NCBI GenBank assembly: GCA_030390025.1
Contig: CM059432.1
Location: 106,332,001-106,396,000, forward strand
Direction: 5' to 3'
Source of the DNA: Squalus acanthias
Taxonomy: Eukaryota
Length of the DNA stretch: 64,000 nucleotides
Part shown: positions 11,223 through 24,113 of the stretch, piece after piece
How the letters are laid out: each line of letters starts with the position of its first letter
How positions within the stretch are numbered: the stretch's first letter is position 1
Made by a program: the position numbers and the translations under genes
The notes under the pieces: model-generated
The model's database searches: none
The model's input: only the letters and a program-made list of their open reading frames with translations
What the model was told of the DNA's origin: nothing

Positions 11223-12060
11223 TTAGAAATTTAACATCCATTAAAGTGCAATAATCAAATGTACCAACAGTACATGACATGATGCCTTGAACTGTGTCCG
11301 TGACATGTGAAAAATGTTCTTTTTGATGGCATTGGTATATATTTTGCATTGTCTATGAATAAAGTTAATATTTGGAAAGAGAATACCTGGCAAGGCTCAG
11401 TCATGAAAAAGTAAAAGGTTTGTGTGCTGCTGGTTAGGGGTTCAGTTTTGAATTCCCTCTGTGACAAAACAGCAGTCCTATTGAGCAGCTGGGGTACCAG
11501 TATTGCTGGGAAGTGAACAGGAGTTGGCCAACAGACTGGCCCATCTGCAGGAATTGAACACTCTTGGACCTATGAAAAAGAGATAGTGGGCCTTTAATTA
11601 AGAGTTGGCTGCAAGAAACTTTGACTTTTTGCATGAAAGGTAAAGACTGCTCCTATAAAGGGTGTGTGACCGTGTCTGCATCACCGACCTACACAACTTG
11701 CAACAGCTGACACAGCCCCAAAAAAGCTAACAACTCAAAAACAAACATTAAATTGAAAAACAGTCACACTAATTATGGATGAACAAAGCCATTTGGCTCA
11801 TCTTTATTAATCCATCCAGACAGATCTGAAAGACCACCCCACCCACTGCAACATATGGTTATCTTAAGAGATTCCAGAGTTTTCACTTCAACTACTCTAT
11901 GTGGAAGTTCATTCCATGTGTTGATGACTGAAGAATTTCCTGATCTCAGTCCAAAAATTTGCTTTTCTAATTTGAACCTATTTCCCCTTGTTCGACTTTC
12001 ACAATTTAATTTGAAGTAAAATCAGAGATTTAGCTTTTCCATTTCCTTAACTATCATATA

Positions 12061-13080
12061 CAATAACAACAACTTGCACTGATATAGCACCTTTAACATA
12101 GAAAAATTACCCAAGGTGCTTCACAGAAGGGTAATCAGACAAAAATCAATGCCAAGCCAAAGAAAAAGATATTAAGAGGGGTGACTAAAAGCTTGATCAA
12201 AGAAATGGATTTTAAGGATGGTCTTAAAGAAGGAGATGGAGGCAGAGGAGGTGTATGGAGGAAATTCTACAGGTTAATGATGAGGTGAAAGGAGTGGGCA
12301 TGCACAAGAGGCCAGAGTTGGAGAAATGCAGAGTTCTCAGAGGGTTGTAGGACTGGAGCAGGTCACAGAGATAGAGGCAAAGCCGTGAAGTGATTTAAAC
12401 ACGAGGCTGAGAATTTTAAATTGGAGGCATTGGGAGTACAGGAACCAATGTAGGTCAGCAAGCATGGGTGATGGGTGAGTTGGACTTGCTGTGGGATATG
12501 ATAGAGGAAGTAGTTAGCTGGATAAGTTGAAGTTTATGGAGGATAGAGGATGGGAGGCTGACCAGGAAAACATTATAATAGTCAAGTCTGGAGGTGACAA
12601 ATGCATAGATGGGGGTTTCAGCAGCAGAGGCGGAAGGAGGTGAAAGTTGGTGGTCTTTGTGATGGAGAGGATATGGGTCAGAAGCTTAGCTCGAGGTCAA
12701 ATAGGATGCTGAGTTTGTGAACAGTCTAGTTCAACCTGAGACAGTGGCCGGGGAAGAAGATAGAATCGATGATAAGGGTAAGGAGTTTGTGGCAGGGGCC
12801 AAAGACGATGGCTTCAGATTCCCTCTGTTTAGCTGGAGGAAATTGCAGCGCATCCAGTACTAGATGTTGGGCAAGCAGTCTGACAACATAGAGGCAGTGG
12901 AAGAGTCGGGAGAGGTCATCAGCGTACATGTGGAACCTCACCCCATTTCTTTGGATGATCTTACCGAGGGGCAGCATGTAGATGAGGAAGATAAGGGGGC
13001 CAAGGATAAATACTTGGGGAATTCCAGAGTTAACATGGTGGGAGCAGGAAGAGTAGCCATTGCTGGAGATGCTCTGGCTA
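12061..13080 (-). mobile_element. L2-type LINE, old degenerate 3' part
   Basis: GIPQ..LGP and FHMYADD remnants; (AAC)n tail at ~12061. Confidence 0.75.
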
Positions 13081-13680
13081 CAACAACAACTTACATTTAT
13101 ATAGCGCATTTAATGTAGCAAACCGTCCCAAGGCGCTTAACAAGAGCGATATCAATAAAAATGTTTTTGACACCGAGCCACAGAAGGAGAGATCAGGACA
13201 GATGACCAAAAGCTTGGTCAAAGAGGTAGGTTTTAAGGAGCATCTTAAAGGAGGAGAGAGAGGTAGAGAGACAGAGAGGTTTAGGGAGGGAATTCCAGAG
13301 CTTAGGGCCAAGGCGGCTGAAAGCACGACCACCAATGGTGGAGCGATTAAAATCAGGGATGCCCAAGATGCCAGAATTGGAGGAGTGCAGAGCTCGTGAA
13401 GGCTCATATGGCTGAAGGAGGTTACAGAGATAGGGAGGGGTGAGGCCATGGAGGGATTTGAAAACAAGGATGAGGATTTTAATACTGAAGCGTTGTTGGA
13501 CTGGGGGCCAGTGAAGGTCAGCAAGCACATGGGTGATGGGAGAACAAGACTTGGTGCAAGTTAAGATACAAGCAGCAGAGTTTTGGATGAGCACAAGTTT
13601 ATGTAGGGTGGAGGGTGGGAAGCCGGCCAAGAGAACATTGGAATAGTCAAGTCTGGAGGTAACAAAGGCCTGGATGAGGG
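13081..13680 (-). mobile_element. L2-type LINE 3' end, younger copy
   Basis: ORF 13193-13729 contains AFVTSRLDYSN..LHW..FKMLLKTYLF; (CAA)n tail at 13081. Confidence 0.85.
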
Positions 13681-13830
13681 TACTTGGATGTGCACTTGAA
13701 GTGCCGTAACCTACAAGGCTACGGACCAAGAGCTGGAAAGTGGGAATAGGCTGGATGGTGTTTTTTCAGCCGGCGTGAACACGATGGGCCGAATGGCCTC
13801 TTCTGTGCCATAAACGTCTATGATTCTATG
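13681..13830 (+). mobile_element. CR1 3' UTR fragment
   Basis: GGGCCGAATGGCCTC stem and TATGATTCTATG tail. Confidence 0.7.
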
Positions 13831-15655
13831 TCCCACAGACTAGTCAAGCAACAGCCTGACACAGTCATACTCACAGAGTCATACCTTTCAATCAATGTCC
13901 CAGACTCCTCCAGCACCATCCCTGGGTATGTTCTGTTCCACCGGCAGGACAGACACATCGGAGATGGCAGCACAATGGTATACAGTCGGGTGGGAGTAGC
14001 CCTGGAAGACCTCAACATTGGCTATGGACCCTCACGCTCCAGGTCAAATATGGGCAAGGAAACTTCCTACTGATTACCACCTACCACCCTCAGTTGATGA
14101 ATCAGTACTCCTCCTTGTTGAACACCACTTGGAAGAGTGACCAACGCACAGTCCTTGCAAAGAATGAATTCCATTTTCACACTGAGAACATCCTCCATCG
14201 TGTTGTGTGGCGCTACCACTGTGCTAAATGGGATAGATTAAGAACAGATCTAGCAGCTTAAAACTAGACACCCATGAACATCAACAGCAACAGAATTGTA
14301 TTCTATCATAATCTGTAGCTTCACGGCCTGGCATATCCCTCAGTCCTCCATCACCATCATGCCAGATGACCAACCATGGTTCAATGAGGTGTGTAGAAGA
14401 ACGTGCCAGGAGCAACACTGGGTATACCTGAAAATGGGATGCCAATCTGGTAAAGCTGCAACACAGGGCTACATGAATGATGAACAGCAGAAGGAGCATG
14501 ATATAGACAGAGCTAAGTGATCCCACAACCAATGGATCAGATCAAAGCTCAGCAGTCCTGCCACATCCAGTCGTGAATGGTGGAATTGGAAGATGAGGCT
14601 TCATGAACATGGTCATCCTCAATGATGGCGGAGCCCAGCACGTGAGTGCAAAGGACAAGGCTGAAGCGTTCACAAACCATCTTCAACCAAAAGTGCCAAG
14701 AAGATCCTTCTTGACTCCTCCTGAGGTCCCCACCATCACAGATGTCAGTTTTCAGCCAATTCGATTCACTCTACGTGATATCAAGTAACGGCTGAGCGCA
14801 CTGGATACAGCAAAGGCTATACGCCCTGACAACTTTCCGGTTGTAGTGCTGAAGACCTGTGCCCCAGAACTAGCCGCACCTCTAGCCAAGCTGTTGCTAT
14901 ACAGCTACAACACTGGCATCTAGCCGACGATGTGGAAAATTGCCCAGGTATGTCATGTCCATCAAAAAACAGAACAAATCCAACCTTGCTAATCAGCCTA
15001 CTCTCAATCATCAGCAAAGTGATGGAAGGAGGCATCAACAGTCCGATCAAGCGACACTTACTCACCAATAACCTGCTCACCGATGCTCAGTATTGGTTCT
15101 GCCAGGACCACTCAGCTCCAAACCCCTTTATAGCCTTGGTCCAAACATGGACACAAGAGCTGAATTCCGGAGGTGAAGTGAAAGTGTGGCACCAAGGTGC
15201 CCTCGTCAAACTGAAATCAATGGGGATCGGGGAAAACTCTCCACTGGCTGGAGTCATACCTAGCACAAAGGAAGATGGTTGTGGTTGTTGGAGGCCAATC
15301 ATCTCAGCCCCAGGACATTGGTGCAGGAGTTCCTCAGAGCAGTGTCCTAGGTCCAACCATCTTCAGCTGCTTCATTAATGACCTTCCCTCCATCATAAGT
15401 CAGAAGTGGGGCTGTTCACTGAGGATTGCCAGTGTTCAGCACCATTCACAATTCCACAGATAACAAAGCAGTCCATAGCTGTATGCAGCAAGACCTGGAC
15501 AACATCCAGGCTTGGGCTGATAAGTGGCAAGTAACATTCACACCATACAAGAGCCAGGCAATGATCATCTCTAACAAGAAAGAGTCTAATTACCTCCCTT
15601 TGACATTCAATGGCATTACCATCATTGAATCCCCCACTATCAACATCCTGGAGGT
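13831..15655 (+). mobile_element. CR1/L2-group LINE family B, degenerate ORF2
   Basis: Remnants VILTESYL, DQPWFN, GVPQ.SVLGP and DLDNIQAWADKWQ with many frameshifts. Confidence 0.85.
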
Positions 15656-15887
15656 AGGCACAACTATTAAAATGGCTTGGGCCTCTCATAAAGGACATTG
15701 GGCGGGTGGCAGGACCGATCACCCACTGCCTGCCCAATGTCTGCCGAAAATGAAAATCAGACCGATAAGACTTTAAGGGTATCAAAGCACAGTTGAATGC
15801 TCAGCACAAGGCGTTAGAATACTAATGCAACCAGCTTCTATGGGCGAAATATGCTTTTTATTTTGACTTCTATTCTTGTATCTCATG

Positions 15888-16780
15888 CTGCTTCTCTCTG
15901 CCTGTATTGACTCTCGTTCTTCTCTCTCATCTTGTATTGACTCTCATTCTCTCTCTACCTGTATTGACTCTCGTTCTCGCTCTGCCTGTATTGACTCGTT
16001 TTTCTCTCTGCCTGTATTGACTCTTATGCTTCTCTGCCTGTCCTCATTCTCTCTGCCTGTATTGACTTTTGTGCTTCTCTCTGCCTGTATTGACTCTCGT
16101 TCTCGCTCTGCCTGTATTGACTCGTTCTTCTCTCTGCCTGTATCGACTCTCGTTCTTCTCTCTCTGCCTGTATTGACTCTCGTTCTTCTCTCTCTGCCTG
16201 TATTGACTCGTTCTTCTCTCAGCCTGTATTGACTGTATTGGCAACACGGTGGCATAGTGGTTAGCACTGTTGCCTCACAGCGCCAGGGACCCGGGTTCGA
16301 ATCCGGCCTCGGGTGACTGTCTGTGTGGAGTTTGCACATTCTCCCCGTGTCTGCGTGGGTTTCCTCCGGGTGCTCCGGTTTCCTCCCACAGTCCAAAGAT
16401 GTGCGGGTTAGGTTGATTTGGCTATGATAAATTGACCCTTAGTGTTACGGGGGATTAAATACGTGGGGTTACGGGGATAGGGTGGGATATGTGTCGGTGC
16501 AGGCTCGATGGGCCGAAATGGCCTCTATCTGCACTGTGGGGATTCTGTGATTCTGTGACTCTCATGCTTCTCTCTGCCTGTAGACTCTCGTTCTTCTCTC
16601 TCTGCCTGTATTGACTCTCGTGCTTCTCTCTGCCTGTATTGACTCTCGTGCTTCTCTCTCTGCCTGTATTGACTCTTGTCCTTCTCTCTCTGCCTGTATT
16701 GACTCTCGTTCTTCTCTCTCTGCCTGTATTGACTCTCGTTCTTCTCTCCCTGCCTGCCCTGACTTTTGTGCTTTTTCTCT
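15888..16780 (+). repeat. Pyrimidine-rich minisatellite (CTCTCTGCCTGTATTGACTCTCGTTCTT-like, ~25-30 bp unit) interrupted by a SINE
   Basis: Tandem units visible on both sides of 16240-16558. Confidence 0.9.
16240..16558 (+). mobile_element. HE1-like V-SINE (tRNA-derived)
   Basis: Pol III A box TGGCATAGTGG 16250-16260, B box GGTTCGAATCC 16294-16304, V-domain GTGGAGTTTGCAC..GTGGGTTTCCTCCGGGTGCTCCGGTTTCCTCCCAC, CR1-like tail. Confidence 0.88.
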
Positions 16781-18019
16781 CCAAATACTGTTTTTATTGA
16801 TTGATTGATTGTGAGCAGTATTTTTAAGTTTCTGGCGTTACAAAATTTTTGAAAACCAATTATGTTTGATAAAAGATTATTCATGAACAGAAAATACTGT
16901 GACAAATATTAATGCAATTCAACCAAACTATCAAAAAACAAGAGTGCATGTTAGGCATCATTCAATTTGCCTTGCTCAGAGTTCAGCACCTCCTTATAAC
17001 AAATTAATGCTCCAGTCCAGCACATGATAGACGAGAAGGCTCAGTAGAAATCACAGGGTCACATTTGGTAAATGTCAGCACTTGTATGAATCAGCAGTTT
17101 ACATCCTATTTTATCCAACAGGAAATAGGCCTTCTGTTCGCTGGAAGCCAAACAATGTGTGATTCAGTGACAGAAAAACCAGTGGGTGGCACCTCAGTTA
17201 GCTGATGCTTCACCCATCTAAAAGTTACGGTCCTATTTTCAGCCATCAGGATTCTGCTTGCAGTTTGCCAGCTTCTTTTTTTAGGAAAGGTGTCTGGCAG
17301 CCTTAACCTGTGTTTCTATGTATAAAAAGTAATAATGTACAGATTGTAGAAGGCAAGAGTGACTGTAAAAGATTCACACGTGGCTTTATAGATTAACAGC
17401 AACCTGAGAGACAGTTGCGGATTAGGCTGAAGTTTGCTACGCCCAAACCTTAAAAATATTCCATTCCCCAGCACTAAAACAAAAATTTGGTCATTGGCTG
17501 AAAACCGCAGGCCTCGAACAGAGGCAAGCTACTGCTTAATGAGGTTAATAAGATTTAAACATTTTAAAAAGTGTAATTTATTTAGTTTATACAATTACTC
17601 TGTAAAGAGATGCTTTTGTAATCTCAGAGATACTACAACAGAAACATCTGAGCAATGAAAGTTGTCGAACACTCCATTTGCATGACTCATGGACCTGATC
17701 AGAGAGAAGTTGGTGATTCTGTTACTCTGTTATATGGTTAGGTCTGCCTGAAACCAGATTGTGCATCCTCTATACATGATTATGGCTTGTTGAAAAACGA
17801 CTGTACACGTGTGGTCAAGAATAAAAGTGTTAATTTACCAGGGAGGGTAAGGAGGCCTGCAACTCACCACATATTTTTGTAAGTTTTCCAAAGCCAAAGT
17901 CCAACAATACTTTGGTTGACTTTCTTTTTTTTAAAAAAACTTGATCACAAAGATGGTGGAAAAAAGAGGGCAGTAGAACCACACCACTCAGAGTACTTAA
18001 CTATTCAGCAATGTTTCCT

Positions 18020-18025
18020 TTTATT
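18020..18025 (-). terminator. Candidate DSCC1 polyadenylation signal AATAAA (alternative at 18355-18360)
   Basis: AATAAA on the minus strand ~520 nt after the stop, followed ~30 nt later by GU/U-rich sequence (GTGGTGTGGTT..CTCTTTTTT). Confidence 0.45.
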
Positions 18026-18545
18026 ACACAAACACAAGGCCAGGTGTAATTAGTGATACACTCTCAATTGCCATTCATTGCAATCAGATGACACCCGTGA
18101 TCAGCGAGTGTCAAATATAATACTCACTTAACAGTCAATATGAAATACACACAGAGTAAATAGACATGATTACTGCACATTCCTGTCTTTTTCATCACAA
18201 ACAGCACAACTACAATAAATTGAACCTTTAAAAGGAAAAGGAGTTTTCGTAGAGGTAATAACAGATGTAATACAACAATCCAGTACAAAAGTTCAAAGTA
18301 ACAGCCTGCTCCTTTGACAGAATTAACAGCAGTGTAACTTTAGATTCTTCCATTTTTATTAACAGATTGAGGACTTATTCAGCCCCTTTACCATCTGCAT
18401 TCTGAAAAACAAATAGACTTTTATGAAACAATTAATTTTGAAGTCCATAAAAATGGGAGATGGAGTGAGAGGAACACAAGCACTTGTACTGAACATTTGT
18501 TAGATGAACATTCTTCTGATGGGTTTCAAGTATTCTATTTCATCA

Positions 18546-18651
18546 TCAGACTGGCCTTCTGGAGCTAAACACTTTCACACCATTCTGCATAGATGAACGA
18601 GCATATTTTGTCAGTAGCGTTCCAATGGTCTGCTTTTCTCCACATAAACCC
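18546..18651 (-). CDS. DSCC1: DSCC1 last coding exon (exon 9): (Q)GLCGEKQTIGTLLTKYARSSMQNGVKVFSSRRPV*
   Basis: Matches the recalled human DCC1 C-terminus DLCGEKQTIGALLTKYSHSSMQNGVKVYNSRRP; AG acceptor at 18652-18653; phase fits exon 8. Confidence 0.95.
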
Positions 18652-19839
18652 CTGTTAAAATGAAAGGTTAATCAAAAAGGGTTTGTAAGTCGATTGAAAT
18701 ACAAGGTCCAGCTATATTAAATTATTATATTAACAGAATTTTCAATACCAAGCTTCGTTTCTTTTAAATGTAAAGAGGCTCCAGTTATCCTTCTGGGGAG
18801 GGGAACAAATATAGTAAAAGCTTAAAGAATCAAAGTGTAGAGGAGTATGTCACGGTGAAAAGTCCATCCCCACATTTACAGTCTGAACAATAAACAGTTT
18901 ATAAATCTACCTCCCCAGAGGTATTGCTAATGTTTCAGCAGGTTTTCTGTAGCCTGTGGAATTGGCAATTTGGGCCTTTCTTCACCAGTGAACGTCACTG
19001 ATGGGAAGTATAACAGCATCAGTGGGAATTCTGTGGATCAGTAGCCAGACTGGTCCCTCATTGATAAATAAACCCATCAGAGGGTTCAAGATTGAGTCAT
19101 CATTCTAAGCATTATTTAGTTTCAGGCATACCAAATTTTGATACAATGGAGCAATTGTAGTCATTATATTTGACCAGTGTATAATGAATGGGGATTAATA
19201 TATCTTTCATCCCCTTCCTTCTCATCAGATTGAAAGTATCCAAGAGGATCACCCATTCTTAATCTGTTTCACTTAGTGCAAATCTTAATGTGGAAAGGAC
19301 AGTGAAGTCTGATGGGAATAAGTGCTTGTGGGCAAGAGGATGCATTAACTGATGCCTATTTCAATGATCCACCACCTTCCAAAGTGGCCACTAATGACTG
19401 AATGGATATAGAAACATAGCATGGAAGATAACTAACTAGAAAGGTTTTGTGAAAAGAGGGTTTCTGTCTGAGCAGAATAGAGAATTGTTTATTGCAGCAT
19501 AGTTCGTCTCAGATGAAGATGTGAAACTTCTGCAACATTCTTAATATCCAGAGTTATGTCAATCGCAGTAGAAAGGCCAGCTGAAACTTTGCAACTAAAG
19601 CCAAAAGGGGGCAGCTACAGCTATAGCTGGTTTACGGAACTTAAAATGACACCTCTCTCAAATAATAACAAATTTGCATTTACATAGCACCTTCCTCATC
19701 CTTGGGACATCCCAAAGTGCTTCACAGCCAATGAATTACTTTTTAAGTTTCGTCACTGCTGTTATGCAAGTAAACAAGGCAGCCAATTTGCATACACCAA
19801 AGTCTCACAAACAGCAAATTAGATAAAGAATAGGTGAAA

Positions 19840-20285
19840 GCTGTGGGTCAGTGGTAGCACTCTCGCCTGAATCAGAAGGTTGTGGGTTGGTCCCATTCCA
19901 GAGACCTGAGCACATTACCTAGGCTGACACACCAGTGCAGTACTGAGGGAGCTCTGCACTGTTAGAGGTGCTGTCTTTTGGATGAAACATTAAACTGAGG
20001 CCCTGTCTGCCCCCTCAGGTGGATGTAAAAGATCCCATGTCACTATTTCAAAGAGCAGGGGAGTTCTCCCCAATGTCCTGGCCAATATTTATCCCTCAAC
20101 CAACATCACTAAAACAGATCATCCGGTCATTATCACATTACCATTTGTGGGTCCTTGCTTTGGGCAATTTGGCTGCCACATTTCCTGAATGACAACAGTG
20201 ACTACACTTCAAAAAGTACTTCATTGGCTGTAAAGCGCTTTGGTACATCCAGAGGTCATGAAAGGCGCTATATAAATGCAAGTTA
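19840..20285 (+). mobile_element. Deu-domain SINE, full length
   Basis: tRNA-like head, Deu-domain (CAGGTGGATGTAAAAGATCCCATG..CCTGGCCAATATTTATCCCTCAACC) and L2-like tail GCTATATAAATGCAAG. Confidence 0.85.
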
Positions 20286-20463
20286 TTTCCTTTTTTAAAT
20301 CATCAGTTTCAGTGATGTTGGCCAGGATTTGGGGATAAATGCCTGCTCTTTTTTGAATAGTACCATGGGATCTTTAATATCCAACTGACCAGGCAGACGG
20401 GGCTGCTGTCTACTGTCTCATCTGAAAGATAACACCTCTGACAATGCAACATTCCCTCAGTAC

Positions 20464-20624
20464 CAACTTCCCCCTAAGCTACGCGGTCACGCAGCTGTCT
20501 GCCGATCCCGCACAGCTCGGGACCGGCTTTTCAAATGTGAAATTTCACACGTGCAAAACTTTAAATGGGCCGTGCAGCCCCTTAAAGGGACTGTGCACCC
20601 AAAGAAAAATTAGGAGGAACATTG
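20464..20624. mobile_element. hAT-type MITE
   Basis: 8-bp TSD CTCAGTAC at 20456-20463 and 20625-20632; imperfect CA..TG TIRs (CAACTTCCCCCTAA / TTAGGAGGAACATTG). Confidence 0.75.
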
Positions 20625-22431
20625 CTCAGTACTGCACTGAAGTGTCAACCTAGTTTATGTGCTCAAGTCCTGGAGTGGGGTTTGAACCCACAACCTTCTG
20701 ACTCAGAGATGAGAGTGTGACCAACTGAATCAAGCTAACCCTTACTGGTTCAGGATGTACCACTCAACTGAAGTAGTGTGATTCGAAGACTGTCTACCAT
20801 GTCCTACACTTGATTCTCTGGTGTGTCGTGGAATGTTCAAGCATTTTTTTCCTTGCCAATTTCGTACCCTTCGGAAGTCATTAACTTCTTGTTTTAATTC
20901 AGTTCCACAGGCCTCCTGTGCCATCTCTTCCAAGGGGGTTATTATTCACGAGGCCTGATGGTGAATGCTGGCAGACTATTTGCTTGTGGGGGGACATCAT
21001 AGTTGAGCCCGATCCTATTCTCACCCCTTATCCCAAATCATGCGCTTCCAGGAAAGGTCAGAGGATAGTGATCAGCAGTAGGAAGGTCAGCTGATTTTGC
21101 CTCCCCTAACCCATGCGTACTGCAACCGGTTGAAATGTCTCCATGCTGGAAAATCCAGCTCAACAAAAACTATTTCCTGGATAAACTCAGAGTCTGAGGC
21201 ATCAGGCCGGTACATCGATTTCGAAAAAAGAAGTTTGAGCATAGGACAGCAAGCAATGACATGCGTTCTTCTAGAATTGTTTACCAGGCACTCCATCAAA
21301 CATCTGCAACAAACCCTCTTTGAAAGCTTTTAAAAGATTGCATTTCATGAAGTAGCACAATATAGGAAAACAAAGTAAACATCAAGGTGACTATCCAACT
21401 GTTTCTTGAAATAGATGACAGGATGTGAAATATGTGAAACCGCTAGCAAACCCAGAGATTAAAAAATAAGCGTGGATCAAAACCACAATGTCAATCAATG
21501 TACTTCTCACCTAAACCATTTTCACCTCCCTCAATGGCCTCATTCCACCCTACCTCTGCAAACTCTTCCAGCCTTACAGCCCCTCCCATGCACTCTGGTT
21601 TTTTGATTGACTTTTTGTGCATCTCCCCTTCCTCTGCCATTGGTGGCAGAGTCTTCAATCGTCCAACTCTCTGGATTTCCCACCTTAAACCTCTCTACTT
21701 CTCGCCCAGTCTTTAACCCCCTGAAAACGCAGCTCTCTAACCAAATCTTCAGTCACCTCTCAACTCTCCCACAAAGGCTGGTTATACATTCCTTTCTTCT
21801 CGGTGAAGCACCAGATAATCTGTTTTAGTGATGTTTTTCTATGTTAAAGGCATTACATAAGTTGCTGATAAGGTTCAGTGATTGCTTGCATTCAATTAAT
21901 TTGTTAATGGTACATGAACATATGAAGAAAAAGTTCTGATAAGTGCCCATCGATTTTTGTTGCTAAAAATTTCAATTCAACCTGGAATTACAACTTTAAC
22001 CCATAAATAAAATGTGTAAGTGAAATTCTCTAATAGCCACTCTTAGCCTGAGGAGGGCAGCATCCATAGTATTTGCAGCAAGAACAAAACCATCAGCAAC
22101 ATTACATCCAAGTACTATCTAGTAGATCTCATGCAGTGTTACTCACTTAGGCCTACTCAATCTCCCTTCAAACCTCAAGTGTGCTCAGCCTGTTTTACAG
22201 TGTTGGTTGAGCTCAACCCCCGCTCCAGCCTCAAGTCCATTCAGCCCCCATTTTGCATTGCTTCACTGCTCCTGGCTCATTCAGTATTCATTCTGGACTT
22301 GAGTTTGATCACCTCTCAGTCCCGCGAAGGATGCGGGGTGGAGGGAGTGGGGGGTGCGATTGGGTTGCCGAGGACTGAGAATGGGGAAATTGGAGCTTGG
22401 GCCTGAACACAGTGCTGGGAGAGTGGGGTAT

Positions 22432-24113
22432 TTTTTATTCATTCATTCATTCAAGGGATGTTGGCGTCCTTGGCAAGGCCAGCATTTATTGTCCATCTCT
22501 AATTGCCCTTGAGAAGGTGCTGGTGAGCCTCCTTCCTGAACCGCTGCAGTCTGAGTGGAGAAGGTACTCCCACAGTTAGGTAGGGAGTTCCAGGAATTTG
22601 ACCCAGCGACGATAAAAGAACAGCGGTATATTTCTAAGGATGGTGTGTGACTTGAAGGGAACTTGGAGATGATGGTGTTCCCATGTGCCTGCTGCCCTTT
22701 TCCTTCTGGCGGTAAAGGTCGCATCTTGTAGATGGTACACACTGCAGCCACGTTGCGCCGATGGTGGAGGGAGTGAATGTTTAAGGTGATAGATGGGGTG
22801 CCGATTAAGTGGGCTGCTTTGTCCTGGATGGTGTCCAGCTTCTTCAGTGTTGTTGGAGCTGCACTCATCCAGGCAAGTGGAGAGTATTCCATCACACTCC
22901 TGACTTGTACCTTTTAGGTGGTGAAAAAGCTTTGAGGAGTAAGGAGACGAGTCGCTCGCCACAGAATACCCAGCCTCTGACCTGCTCTTGTAGCCACTGT
23001 ATTTATATGGCTGGTCTAGTTAAGTTTCTGGTCAATGGTGACCCCCCCAAGATATTGATGGTGGGAGATTTGCAATGGTAATGCCATTGAATGTCATGGG
23101 GAGGTGGTTAGACTCTCTCTTGTTGGAGGTGGTCATTGCTGGCACTTGTGTGGCGCGAATGTTACTTGCCATTTATCAGCCCAAGCCTGGATGTTGGCCA
23201 GGTCTTGCTGCATGTGGGCACAGACTGCTTCGTTATCTGAGGAGTTGTGAATGGAACTGAACACTGTGCAGTCATCAGTGAACATCCCCACTTCTGACCT
23301 TATGATGGAGGAAGGTCATTGATGAAGCAACTGAAGATGGTTGGGCCTAGGACACTGCCCTGAGTAACTCCTGCAGTGATGTCCTGGGGCTGTGATGATT
23401 GGCCTCCATCAACCACAACCATCTTCCTTTGTGCTAGGTATGACTCCAGCCAGTGGAGAGTTTTCCCCAATTCCCATTGACTTCAATTTGACTAGGGTTT
23501 CTTGGTGCCGCACTCGGTTGAATGCAGCCTTGATGTCAAGAGCAGTCACTCTCACCTCACCGCTGGAAATCACCTCTTTTCTCCATGTTTAGACCAAGGC
23601 TGTAATGAGGTCTGGAGCAGAGTGGCCCTGGCAGAATCCAAACTGGGCATGAGTGAGCAGGTTATTGGTGAGTAATTGCCACTTGACAGCACTGTCGACC
23701 ACGCCTTTGCTGATGATTGAGAGCAGGCTGATGGGGCGGTAATTGGCTGGATTGGATTTGTCCTGCTTTTTGTGGATAGTACATGCCTAGGCAATTTTCC
23801 ACTTTGTCGGGTAGATGCCAGTGTTGCAGCTGTACTGAAACAACTTGGCTAGAGGCGCGGCTAGTTCTGGAGCACAAGTCTTTAGCAGGACAGCCGGGAT
23901 GTTGACGAGGCCCACAGCCTTTGCTGGATCTAGATTGCTCAGCCGTTTCTTGAAATCACGCGGAGTGAATCCAATTCATGGAGCCTCCTCCTCCCATTAG
24001 TTTAATTGTCCACCACCATTCACGACTGGATGTAGCAGGACTGCATAGCTTTGACCTGTTCCGGTGCTTGTGGGATTGCTTAGCTCTGTCCACAGCATGC
24101 TGCTTCCACTGCT
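22432..24113 (-). mobile_element. LINE family B, degenerate (continues at 25354-25425)
   Basis: MEYSPLAWMSAAPTTLKKLDTIQDKA motif; 3' tail at ~22432. Confidence 0.85.

Larger units (their letters stand above)
19665..20738 (-). mobile_element. Deu-domain SINE (SacSINE1/AmnSINE1-like), split by a second SINE and a MITE
   Basis: 3' part 19665-19830 and 5' part ~20300-20738 are reverse-complement homologous to the nested plus-strand copy. Confidence 0.7.

Noticed and set aside
16240..16310. tRNA gene
   Set aside because: The A and B boxes belong to the HE1 SINE head, which continues into a V-domain and tail.
15876..16905. ORFs with RVNTGRE and SQYRQRE repeats
   Set aside because: Translations of the minisatellite and SINE.
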